From Neocallimastix sp. 'constans' (Eukaryota): 64,000 nt of DNA. The position numbers and the translations under genes were made by a program. Within the stretch, counting starts at the first letter, position 1, and each line of letters opens with the position of its first letter. The notes beneath the pieces were generated by a model. That model had not been told where the DNA came from and made no database searches. It saw only the letters and a list, made by a program, of their open reading frames with translations. The stretch is from contig JBODTK010000015.1 in the NCBI GenBank assembly GCA_050613775.1, positions 806,001 to 870,000 of the forward strand. The letters run 5' to 3'. Below are positions 23,039 through 35,964 of the stretch, piece after piece.

Positions 23039-23953
23039 AAGAGTAAAGTTAATTCCCCTTGCAGGCGATTTAAATACATAAATCGAGTACACCCCTGCTC
23101 GGGGGAAAAATTTAGAAGTAACATCCTTAAAATAGATAGTGTGGTGTCCACTAAACTCTCCCCGGATTCATCATTTATTGAGCTACTAGGGCGAGAATCT
23201 CCCTTCGTAGTAATAGATGATGGATATGAGTTAGAAAAGGAGTTAAGGAATGAACTATTACCAAAACTTTATTAATTTATATTACTGTAACAAACTACAC
23301 CTTCCTCTTCAAAATTAACAGTACCAAATTAAACTGTAAATAAAAATTTATATTATATATTCCTATCACAGTTTAATAACACCAATTCATAATCTACTTT
23401 AACAAATCATTACAAATCATCAAACTATCTTATATAAACAAACCTTCAATGTCCTGAAGTATTTCTCAAAATATTAACAACAAAAAATAATAACACAAAA
23501 TATTTTAAATAAATAAACACTCAAATCCTTTTTTTTTATTTTTTTTTTTTATTTTTTTTTTTTATTATATTTATTTTATTATTTATTGTTTTAAAACTTT
23601 TCTTTTTTTTTCCCTCTTCAAATAAAATTTTTATTTACTATTATATGTATATAGATGTATGATGTTTTAAAAATTTTTGTTTAATTGATATATTTTTTAA
23701 TATTTTAATTTCATTCTCTTGTTTTTTTTTGTTTTAAAAAAATTTTATGTGTTTTGTGTGTATGCTTTTTTTTATTATTATTATTAATTTTATGTGTTTT
23801 AATTTTTTTTTATTAATTTTATTATATATATATATTCTTTATAAAAAGTTAAAAAAAAATATTTATTTTCCTTTTTTTTTCTTTTTTTTTCAAAATCACA
23901 AAAAAAAAAAAAAGAACATTTTAATTTAATTTTGCTTTTATAAATAAATTAAT

Positions 23954-26138
23954 CTAGTTTTCAATCTTGATCTTAATACCGTTTTCCTTAGCTAAACCAA
24001 CAACATTGGCAAGTTGGACAACCTTCTTAGCGGCCTTGTCAAGATCATCAATAGCGTATAAGGAAAGGTTAGATTTCTTAATAAGTTCTCTGGCTTCTTC
24101 GACCTTAGTACCTTGAAGACGGACAACAAGTGGAATGTCAAGACCGAGTTCCTTAACAGCTTGGATAACACCTTCAGCAACAATATCACATCTCATGATA
24201 CCACCGAAAATGTTAACAAGGATAGCGGAAACAGCCTTATCAGAAGAAATAATCTTGAAGGCTTCCTTAACTTGCTTAGCAGTAGCAGAACCACCGACAT
24301 CAAGGAAGTTAGCTGGGACACCACCATTAAGCTTAATGATATCCATAGTAGCCATAGCAAGACCGGCACCGTTAACAAGACAACCAATGTTACCTTCCAT
24401 ACCAACGTAGTTAAGGTTCCACTTGGCAGCAGCAACTTCACGTGGATCTTCTTGAGTGGTATCACGGAGAGCGAAGATACCCTTTTGCTTGAAGGAAGCG
24501 TTATCATCGAAACCGAACTTAGCATCCATACAGACAACTTCACCCATGTTGTTTTCGGCCATTGGGTTAATTTCAACCATAGTGGCATCCTTTTCAATGA
24601 AGATCTTGTAGAGCTTCATGAAAGTATCAGCAGCTTGTGGGACACACTTTTCAGTGAAACCCATCTTCTTAGCGGTATCAAGAGCAATTTCCTTGGTAAG
24701 ACCAGTCTTAATACTGAATGGAACAGTGATGATAGCATCTGGGTTGGTCTTGGCAACTTCTTCAATTTCAACACCACCTTCAGAGGAAGCAACAAGAACT
24801 GGACCACGAGTGGCACGATCTAAAAGAATGGCGAAGTAGTATTCACGACGAGCGTATTGACGTTCGACAACGTAAACAGCGTTACAGTCTCTACCAGCAG
24901 CACCAGTTTGCTTGGTGATAAGCTTGTGACCTAACATCTTGGAAGCGTATTCCTTAACTTGTTCTGGACTATAAAAAATTATTTTATTTTAAAGATACAA
25001 TAAATTTTAATTAGAAATATTAATTTAAACATAAAATTGAAATCAATATTTTTCTATTATTTTTCAATTTTTATTTAATTTATTATTATTATTATTTTAT
25101 CAATATACATACGTGTAACAGAGCTTGACACCACCTTGAAGTCCACTGTCGAAGTGACCCTTACCACGACCACCAGCAAGAACTTGAGCCTTGATGACTA
25201 AATCTTCGGTGTTAAGCTTCTTAGCAGCTTGGTAAGCTTCTTCTGGGGTCTTAGCAACAATACCCTTTGGAGCGTTAACATTGTATTCATGAAGAAGGTT
25301 CATGGAGCAGTATTCATGAACAGAGAGGAAACGCTTTTGGGCAGATTGGGCAATGGAAGCCTTTTATTATATTAATATAGTTTAAAATAAAAATAAATAT
25401 ATATTAGTTACTATGATTGATATAATTTATATTAATAATTTTTTTCATATTAATGAATGTTATATTCTTTCTATTATTCATTAGGTGTTTTAAATTATTT
25501 TTATTTAAAATTTTTGTTATTAAACTAATTTTTTCTAATAATATAAAATTTTTTTTTTTTAATTTTTAAGAATTTCACTATTTCTTTTATAAATAATTCG
25601 TAATTATAATCAAAATAAATATTTCTAATAACATATAGATATTTTTTTTATTAATAACTTTTATTTCAATCATTAAAAAATTTCAAACTTTAATTTTTTA
25701 ATTCGTTTTTTTATTATACTAAATTATTATAACAATTACTATCTTTAATAATAGCCTTCATTTTTTTTTTTTTTTTTTTTTTTTTGTATTTTTTATTATT
25801 TGAAGAAAAATAAAATCAATAAATTAGGAAGAAAAAAGATTGTAATATTTTTTATTCCTTTATACCAATGTTTCTTCTTAAAACAAAACACTTCATATAT
25901 ATTTCCCAATTTATTTTTCATTTTTTTTTTACTTCAATTTTTTTTCTTTTTATTCTACTTTCAAATTTGTTTTACACTTCTTTTTTTTTTTTTTTATTAA
26001 AAATTACTGAATATTATAAAAGGATAGTTATACAAAATCTATCACTTTGTTTGAAATATTCAATAAATTTTTAAATATAAAAATACTTACTAAAGCTGGA
26101 GCAGCCTTAGAAGTTGAACGAGTAACGTTAGCAAGCAT
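23954..26138 (-). CDS. scsB: Succinyl-CoA synthetase beta subunit, hydrogenosomal precursor; exons 26138-26091, 25360-25113, 24968-23954
   Basis: GT..AG introns join [33 protein letters not shown]...[12 protein letters not shown]...[11 protein letters not shown]...NFLDVGG...NIFGGI. Codon bias is strong, as in highly expressed genes. Confidence 0.97.
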
Positions 26139-27399
26139 TTTGTATTTAATTTTAAAAATTAAAGATCTCTAAAATTATTTAATAATAATTAGAAAATTTT
26201 TGGAGTGAAAAGAAAAAGTAGAAATTTATTCAAAAATTTCTTTTATTTGAAATAAATTTCCAAAAATTGAATGGACAAATTAGAAATCGAGGAAGTGAAA
26301 TAAATCAAAAAAATTTTACGTCGTATATTAAAGTCAATTATAATATATAAAAATAATGTTTTAATATTAATATTCAAATAAAAATTAATATATTAATTTG
26401 AGGTATAATACAAAAAACGTATTAATTAAATTTTTTTCAATAAAAAATTTAATACATAAATTAGTATATAAATATAATAATATATTATCCCAATATAATT
26501 TAATATATTATATTCAATATAAATTTATGGAATACTATAAAAGAAAAAAAAGTTTTTCTAATATTTATAAATAAATATATAAATAATATATAAATAATAA
26601 AATATAATAAATACATATAGAAAATATAATGTAAAAGAAATTTAAATATCAATATCAAATCATTTTTCTATAAATAACTATGTATTACATCAATTCTATA
26701 TAAAAAAAATAAAATAATTAAAATTAATAAATGATGTCTATATAAATAAATATTAAAATTATATAATATTAATATATTTGGATATATTAAATGTATATAA
26801 AAAATTGTAGCGTTCTTCCTCATATATATTAAATTATTAAAATAAAAAGAAAATTGATAATAAAATATTATTATAAACATAATTAAAAAAAATAATAATA
26901 AAAAATTACATATATAAATAAATATAAATAAAAATAAATAAAAAAGAATGTACATAAAAGCATTTATATATAATATTCATATATTATTTATATACATTTA
27001 TATATATAATTTCTATTTAATATAAAAACTAAGATAAAAAAAAAAAATTTATCATCCTACAAACGAAAAAAGGAAAAAAAATAAATAATTAATTAAATTA
27101 TTAGAATATAACCATATAATAATTTAATATTACAATATAAAAATATTATAATGAAATATAATATAGAATATATATCAGCTACATATTAACAATACTCTTT
27201 ACTATAAGAAAATAAAAGAATATCTTTATTTTATTTTATTTCCCTTAACTTTCCTTTCCTTTCTTATTGATAATGAATAAATAATATAATAATTATATAT
27301 TTATAATAATAATAAAAGTAAAAATAAAAAAAAAAAATTAATATTACCTATTACATATTAATATTATTTATTATTTATTATTCCTTTAATGATTATTCA

Positions 27400-30300
27400 T
27401 TTATCAAATATTATTATTAAAAGATTTATAATTAAAGATTTATTATTAAAGATTTATTATAATAAATTTATTATTATAGATTTATTTTTTATTACTTATT
27501 ATTTATTATTAAAGATTTATTATTTATTATTCATTATTAAAGATTTATTATTCATTATTTATTATTTATTATTTATTATTCATTATTAAAGATTTATTAT
27601 TCATTATTTATTATTTATTATTTATTATTCATTATTCATTATTAGAGATTTATTATTTATTATTTATTATTTTTATTTTAGTTGATCAATATATTAATAT
27701 TCTATGAAACTTTTTTTTCCTCATATCAGCACCCTTCATTCTTACCATAACCATGAATTCCCTTGGAAATAAAAAAGGAGATTCATGGTAACTACACTAA
27801 CTATACCATACAATTTGAATCAATAAAAAATTAAAAATTAAATCATAAAAAATGAACAGCTAAAATATTAATAAATTTAATCAAATTATTATTTGTTGTA
27901 TCTTTTTATTTTAAATCAAATAAATATTTAAAAAAAAAAAAAAAAAAAAGATTCGACAATTATTATTAAATAGTTTTAAAGATAGCTTTTATGATTTATT
28001 TCTATCCAATTTAGTTATTATTTACTTTATAAATAGCATAATGAATATAATTTTAATGTCTACCTATGATGAGATTGGGTTTTTGTTTTTTTTTTGTCTT
28101 TTTCTTTACTATCTACTATTTATTTATTTTTTTTTTTAATTCTTTTTCCTTTTTTCTTGCAATTTTTTTTTGTTCTATTAATAATTGATAATAGTTTGTT
28201 GCATCAAAGAATTAATCATTCTTTCTTGATTTCTGTTATATATTCTCCTCTTTAATCTTTTTATAAAAAAAAACATATTTTATCCTTTTGTTTTTTTATT
28301 AATACTTAGTCAATAATGCATTGATCAATTTCCATAAATTTAAATAAACATAAATTAATAATATTCATTAGTTACTTATGCCTAAATAAAAAAAATTAAT
28401 AAATAAATAAAATTTTTATAATTATTATTAATATTATTATTTATTATTATTTATTATTTATTATTTATTATTTATTATTTATTATTTATTATTTATTATT
28501 TATTATTTATTAATAAATACTCTTTATATTATTTATTATTTATTATGTATTATTTATATATATTTATTATTTATTATTTATTATTTATTTATTATTTATT
28601 ATTTATTTATTATTTATTATTTATTATTAATCCTGTAGAGTTTATTTATTTATTATTAATATATTCATTTATTTATATATAGTAATAATTATTTCATTTA
28701 TCTAATAATTTTATTCATTGATTAATGTTTTAATTATTTATTCAAATATTCATATAATCTTCCTATTTAATTATTGATTATTTATATTTATTTATTTATT
28801 TATTTATTATCGTATATTATGGATGGGAAATCTTTTATTTTTTTGTTTTTTATTAATTATCCACTAAACTATTTTTCATATATTGGAATATATTATTTAT
28901 ATATTTTATTATTATATTTGTATATATATTGAATATTTATGTTAATATATATTATAATAATATTTTATAATATAATAAATTAAATTAATTATTAAATTTA
29001 CAAATAAAAAAAAGATAAATAAAAAAAAATATTCATTCAATATAATTTATTTAAATCCATTTATTTATTATTAATTTATTTAAATCAATTGTAAAATATA
29101 TTAATGTGAATATTATAAATATAAATGAAATAAAATAGCAATGAATTGAATTAAAAATAGTAAAATTGTTTTGTACATAGAATAGATGTAATAATCTCTA
29201 TATGGAAATATAATATCAATATAATAATATGAATTAATTAAAAAAAGATTAGAATACGGTTACTTTAATCAGCCTAATACGAAAAAAAATTCAGCTAAAG
29301 CTTCCCATGCAAGCATTCTTTAAATATCTAGGTAAAATGAAAGTATATAAATTTTTATTGTAACCAAAGATATACAAGTAATTTTATTAAGTAATGGTGA
29401 ACAAAGCAGATTAAAAAAATTATAAAGCAAAAATAATAAAAATAATAAATAGATGTCAAATATATCGCATATTTTACTATAAAACAAATTTTGATTAATT
29501 TTATTATTTTTATTATATTTACTGAAGAAATATTCATTTATATCCGTAATTATTTATTCGTTTTACTATTCATATATTTAATCTTTTTTATTTATTATTT
29601 ATTATTAAATAATTATTATTGATTATTAATTATTGATTATTAAATGTATCCTTTTCAATAATTGTTTATTCGTATTTAATATTAAATATTCAATTTTTAC
29701 TATTAAATATTAGTTTTATATGTAATAATTGTGCTTATAAAAAAAAAAAATTTTTTATATCAATTCAATTTGTATGAATTATACATACATACAAAATTAA
29801 TAATAACAATAATAATAATAATAATAATAATAATTTAAATATGAATAATAATAATGAATATGAATATAATTTAAATAATAATAATTATAAATAAGAATAA
29901 TAATAATTATAATGAATATGAATATATAAAAATAATTTAGAATAAATTATAGTAAATAATATATCATAATAAATAAATAAATAAATATAAAAAAGTGATC
30001 AATTCATTGTTACTATATGAAAGAAATAATAAATTGATCAAAATGAAAGTCAAATCTATTCAACCAATGAAATGTTTATATTAAATTTGGTTATATATAA
30101 AAGTTTGATTAAAAAAAAAAAAAAAAACACCAAAAAAATAAATATATTAAATTAATATGTACTTTTTTATATATTTCAATTGTTAATTTAATTGGTTGGA
30201 AAGTTGGATGAATTTTTTATTTTTTAATTTTTATTATTTATTACTTGTATAAAAATAAAAAATTATATATTGACTTATATTCAATTTATGTTTTAATATA

Positions 30301-32287
30301 TTTAATAATATATTAAAATTAATTGTAATTTTAATAACGATTAAAGCTATATATAATATATAATCTTAAAAATAATACCAGTATATATATTAAAGTATAT
30401 TGGTATTAATATATTAATAAGTTTCTATTAAATATAAAAAGAATTAATAGAAGCTTTTTTACTTTTGTATATGATTAATTATATATTAAAAAAATGAATA
30501 ATGTAAAGAAAAATAGTTTTATTCAATATATATGTGTATAAAGTAATATATAGTAATGATATATTTTATAATAAAATAATTAATATAACTATTTTTAGTC
30601 TTCCCTTTTTAGAATAGTTTATACTTTTAAAAATGATGTATTCACCATATCTATTGAATTTACCATAAAAATTAAAATAAATAATAAATACAGAAATATA
30701 TATTTATTTATTTATTATTTATATTCTAATATATGGAAAACATAATTTATTATATAATATATTATATTTTATGAATATATTTTGGAATAAAGTAAGCTTA
30801 ACATAAAAATGATTAAAAAAAAACATTAAATTGTTTATTATTTAATTATTTATTATTAACAATTATTTATTATTAACAATTATTGATATAGATTATTACA
30901 TTTATTTATTTATTATTAATTATACTATTTAATTTTAATCATTCTTTTTTATTATTATTATTCATGATTTTATTATTCATGATTTTATTATTGTAGAATT
31001 TATTATTACCAATACAAAAGAATACAAAATGCAACACGTAATTTCAATAAATAAAATAATAATAAAAAATAATTAATTACTAATATAGAAGTTATTAAAA
31101 AAAGTTCATTACGTCAACATTCAATTACATTACATTACAATAAAAATTGTAATAAGATGAAAGAGAAAAAAAAAAAAAACTTTTTTGATTTTTTGATGGT
31201 TGAATTTCAATTTCTAACCATAACCATCAAAATATTATATATATCATATATTCAATAGTTATATAACAGAATATTTAAATGTATCTTTTATTTATTAAGT
31301 ATGTTTAATTTCTTATATTACTTTATTTTATATTACATCACAAAGTTTGTTTCTCATAAAAAAAATCATAAAAAAGTATTAAATTCATTTTAAAAGTTAA
31401 ATCTTTAAAGGTCAATTATGTGCTATAAAAAATAGTATTTCATTTATAAAAAAACAATTATATATATCAATATTCATATCAATAATTATTAATACTCTAA
31501 TTATTATTTATTATTAATTAGGTGATAGTTGACTCTTATAACCTTTCTACTATTTATTTTTATTTTTTATTTTTTATTTTATTTTTTATTTTTTATTTTT
31601 TATTTTTTATTTTATTTTTTTGATCTTAATTTTTGGATAATGCCATATATTATTATTTATTATCAATATATTGCAGTACATTCAATGATTGATTCCGATT
31701 AAATCCGGAGTGTTCATAAGCCTTAATTTCTATTGGCCAGTTTGTTATTATGAATTCATGAATCTTCCATCCAAAAAAGAAATTTTTATTTTGAATTTTA
31801 ATTGTTATTTATTTATTTCATTCATTTACTTATTAGGATTTATTAGGATTAATACTATAAAAGAGGATGAATATTTATTTAATGATCTATTCATTCATTC
31901 ATTCATTTCATATAAAGGATAAGAGAGATTATCCCTTCATTAGAATTATTGATTAGAGTAACAAATAATAATTAAGATTTAATATCACAGAATAAGAAAA
32001 AAAAAAGGATAAATTATTATTTTTCATGGATAGATTAAAAAAAATTTAATTTAATTTAATTTAATTTATTTTTAGAAATTAAATAAATACATAACTATTT
32101 AAATAAATAAATAAATAAATACATACATTAAAATACATTAATGATTTAATGTATCACATAACTAACGAATCAAATTCATGAAAAAAGTAAAAATAACATC
32201 ATCCATTTTGAAAGCATACAAAAAAAATTAAAAGAAAAAAAATAATTAGAAAGATTTCTATTTAATTATAATTAAGAATAGAATAAA

Positions 32288-32322
<35 letters not shown>

Positions 32323-33080
32323 CTACTATACAATAAATACCATAAAACTATTAATGGGTAATATTATTCATTATTTCATAAATTTTATTAATACTCTTTT
32401 TATTATTTATTATTTATTATTTATTATTCAATTATTTATTATTTATTATCTATTATTTATTATTTATTATTCAATTATTTATTATTTATTATTTATTAAT
32501 AAATACTCTTTATTATTGTTATTTATTATTTATTTATAAATACTCTTATTATTATTTATTATTTATTATTTATTATTTATTATTTATTATTTATTATTTA
32601 TTATTTATTATTTATTATTTAATTATTTATTATTTGCTATTTATAATTTATTATTTATTATTTATTATTTATTATTTATTATTTATTATTTATTATTTAT
32701 TATTTATTATTCAATTATTTATTATTTATTATTTATTATTTATTATTTATTATTTATTATTTATTATTTATTATTTATTATTTATTATTTATTATTTATT
32801 ATTTATTATTTATTATTTATTTATTTTTTTATTATTACTATTATTTTTAATAAATCATTTATTAATGTATTATACATGATAATCATTTGATTTATATTAT
32901 TATTTTATTTGGAATATTGCATGGAAAATACTTCAAATGAAACTAATTGATGTATCTTTTAATTATTTATAAGTTATATATTTTCATTATTATTATTTAT
33001 TATTTATTATTTATTAATAAATACTCTTTTTATTATAATTATTATTAATTATTTATTATTATTAATTATTTATCATTAAT
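27400..33080. repeat. Patches of (TTATTTA)n heptamer minisatellite (about 27400-27670, 28430-28630, 32390-33080)
   Basis: Direct reading; produces the spurious IIYYLLF ORFs. Confidence 0.8.
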
Positions 33081-34773
33081 TATTTATTATTATTCCATAT
33101 TTTATTTATTAATTATTAAAAGTAAGTAAATTAGTAGAACATATTAGTACACCAACAATACTTTATTACTTATCATTAATTATGACTATTTATTATTAGT
33201 AGTAGTAATAGAATTATTATTATAACTATTTATTATTGTTTAAAAAAATTTTTTTTTTAAACAAAATACAAATTAATATTAAAATGATAATAAAAATAAA
33301 TCCTCTTTATTTTTTTAAAAAAAAAAAAAAAAAAAAAATATGATATTATTAATATGAAATGGATGGGTCCGTTCTCTCTTACTTTTTCTTTAAAACTTTT
33401 AAGAATCTTATATAATTAAAATAGTCCCTTTCTTTTTTTTCTACAAATTTAAAAAAAATGTCAATTTAAAAAGTAGTAGAGAAAAAAAAAAAAAAATATA
33501 AAGACAAAAATATAATATTAATAAACGCTTAAATTCTATTTATTTTTTTAATTGTTTTTTTTTTTTTCATATATATTATTTCTATTTTATATTTTATTGT
33601 TGTTATTATTATCATTAATAAAAGGTCCTTTTATATATTTGAATATCTATAGAAATAGATATAGATATATATTTATTTTTTTTCTATTTATTTATTTTTT
33701 TTATTATTATTTTTTATAAGCTTCCAGGGTTTCTTTTTTTTTTTTTTATTTATAGTCTTATAAAAATAGGCAATTGAAATGTAAAATGATATTAGTAAAA
33801 TAAAAAAAAATAAAAAAAAAAAAGTCTTTTACAAAATAATAACTATTGAAAATATAGAAAATGTACAAAGAAAAAAAAATATATATATATATATATATAA
33901 CAAACAATAAAATAATAAAATAATAAACTAAAGTTTGGATTCTTTTTTTTTTATTATTATTATTATTTTATTACATTATTTATATTATATTACATTATAT
34001 TATATTATTTATTATTTATAAGATACTTTTTTTTTTTTTTTTTTTTTAAAAAAAAAATTATAGTATTAATAATAGATATTTTTTAAAAAAGCTATTACGC
34101 TATATACCATTAGGATAGGATTTTATAAACTAAGCATAAGAATACACAGATATTTTTATTTAAAAAAAATTTTATTGATTTAAAAATATTAAAAGAAAAT
34201 AATAATATTATATATAAAAAATAAAATTCAATATAAAATAACAATAAATTAAAAAAAAAAAAAAAAAAAAAACTATAGACTATCTATATAGACTATCGTT
34301 TATTTAAATAATAATAAAAAAAAAAAAAAAAAAAAAAAAAAAAGAATAATTATTGAAAATAAAAAGAAAAAAAAAAATAGTAAATCTATCTATTAGTAGG
34401 GATTAAAATACTTTTATATATATATATGTGAAATATAAAATAGAATGAAAGGTAGTAGTAGTAGTTAATTAATTGTAGTGTAGTAATAAGTAATTAATGA
34501 AAAGGAAAAAAAAAATAATAATAAATAAATAAAACATTATTGTTGCTATTCCTATGATTGTTATTAGTATTGTTAATACTACTATAAAAAAAAAATTGGA
34601 GTCTTGTTGAATAAGCGTTAGTTGATATGAACTAGAATAGGGGTTTTTGTTTTTTTTTTTACGTATGTGTGTGTATGTGTATAGGTGGTTTTGCTTAAGT
34701 AAGTTAGGTTGAATTTGTTTTTTTTTTTTTTGTTGTTGTTTGTTTCATTTTTACTTTACCTATTCAACAAGCC

Positions 34774-34885
<112 letters not shown>

Positions 34886-34926
34886 TTATTTTTATTTTCC
34901 ATTTTCTATTTTCCATTCTCATTTTC

Positions 34927-35964
34927 TCATTTTCCTGAAGAGTTAAACTTCACTCGAATGACATGAATGTCCGTACTGGGATTAGGCGTAGCTTCTATCG
35001 TTTCTATATGCTCCTTCTGAACGCCATAGCTCACTAAAAATTTATGGGTGGCATCCTCCAAGGCCTTCTTAAACGAGGCCGACTGTTTATTGACATTTTT
35101 ACGAATGTTACTGTTGAAAAAGGCGGTCAGCGTACTACGACGAACACAGCCATCTAAAATGGAATTAACTTTGGCATCCTCATACAATTCAAAGAGATGA
35201 TGCTTTCCCTTCCGTGAAACACTATTCACCGTTTTATTGAGTACACAGAGATTTTGAAATTCGGAGGCCCCACCCTTAATTCTTGACAACGGGAAAATAT
35301 GATCGATGTGACAAACAAGCGAACTGTTCACGTTATTTCCCATGAACTGCTTAAATACCATACATCCTAATACATCCCAAATGGCATCTGGAAATTGAAT
35401 AAACCCAAATTTACATTCAAAATCAACCGGAACGGCATAATCTTTAATGGCCGTCTTCAATTGATTATACCATTTATCTTGATAGGATGGTCGAACATTA
35501 TCATCATACGTATTGGATCCCTTCAATAAATACTCATCATTCATGGCCATGACATCGTCATAGCAACGTTGACGTAAATGACTATCAATTAACCATTGCT
35601 CCATAAAATTTAAATCTCGAATATGATTCGTTATCTCAATATATTTATAGAGTTGATACATAGGATGACTCTCCACCTCTCCAAAATATAAAAATGGAAT
35701 TTTTTCTATGGCTTCAAGACGTCGAGTAGTCGCTTCCATATCTACATTTTCCCTCTTAATTTTTCTCTTATACTTCTTCAATTTTCTACTCTTTTTAATG
35801 GGACTAAAAACAGAAAGTAACTTATCAAAAAAAATATCAACAATATCTTTTTCATCCTCTTCTTCCCCAGATCTTGCTACATTATAGGTACTACTACTAC
35901 CATATTCATTGGGTATATAAATATCATAGGAAGAATAATATAACTTTTCGTCACTTCTATTCAT
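34927..35964 (-). CDS. Intronless HNH endonuclease-domain protein, 345 aa
   Basis: Long open frame with higher GC than its flanks. HNH signature HIDHIFPLS..GG.S...NL.VL...VN. Confidence 0.8.
   Translation of the reverse strand: MNRSDEKLYYSSYDIYIPNEYGSSSTYNVARSGEEEDEKDIVDIFFDKLLSVFSPIKKSRKLKKYKRKIKRENVDMEATTRRLEAIEKIPFLYFGEVESHPMYQLYKYIEITNHIRDLNFMEQWLIDSHLRQRCYDDVMAMNDEYLLKGSNTYDDNVRPSYQDKWYNQLKTAIKDYAVPVDFECKFGFIQFPDAIWDVLGCMVFKQFMGNNVNSSLVCHIDHIFPLSRIKGGASEFQNLCVLNKTVNSVSRKGKHHLFELYEDAKVNSILDGCVRRSTLTAFFNSNIRKNVNKQSASFKKALEDATHKFLVSYGVQKEHIETIEATPNPSTDIHVIRVKFNSSGK

Noticed and set aside
24113..24839. 236-aa and other antisense ORFs over scsB (similar ones over ARG1)
   Set aside because: Antisense shadows caused by strong codon bias; no recognisable motifs.
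27790..27800. ACTACACT complementary to the U2 branch-recognition region (possible scaRNA guide)
   Set aside because: The other side of the pocket is not complementary to U2, and no clear H/ACA boxes are present.
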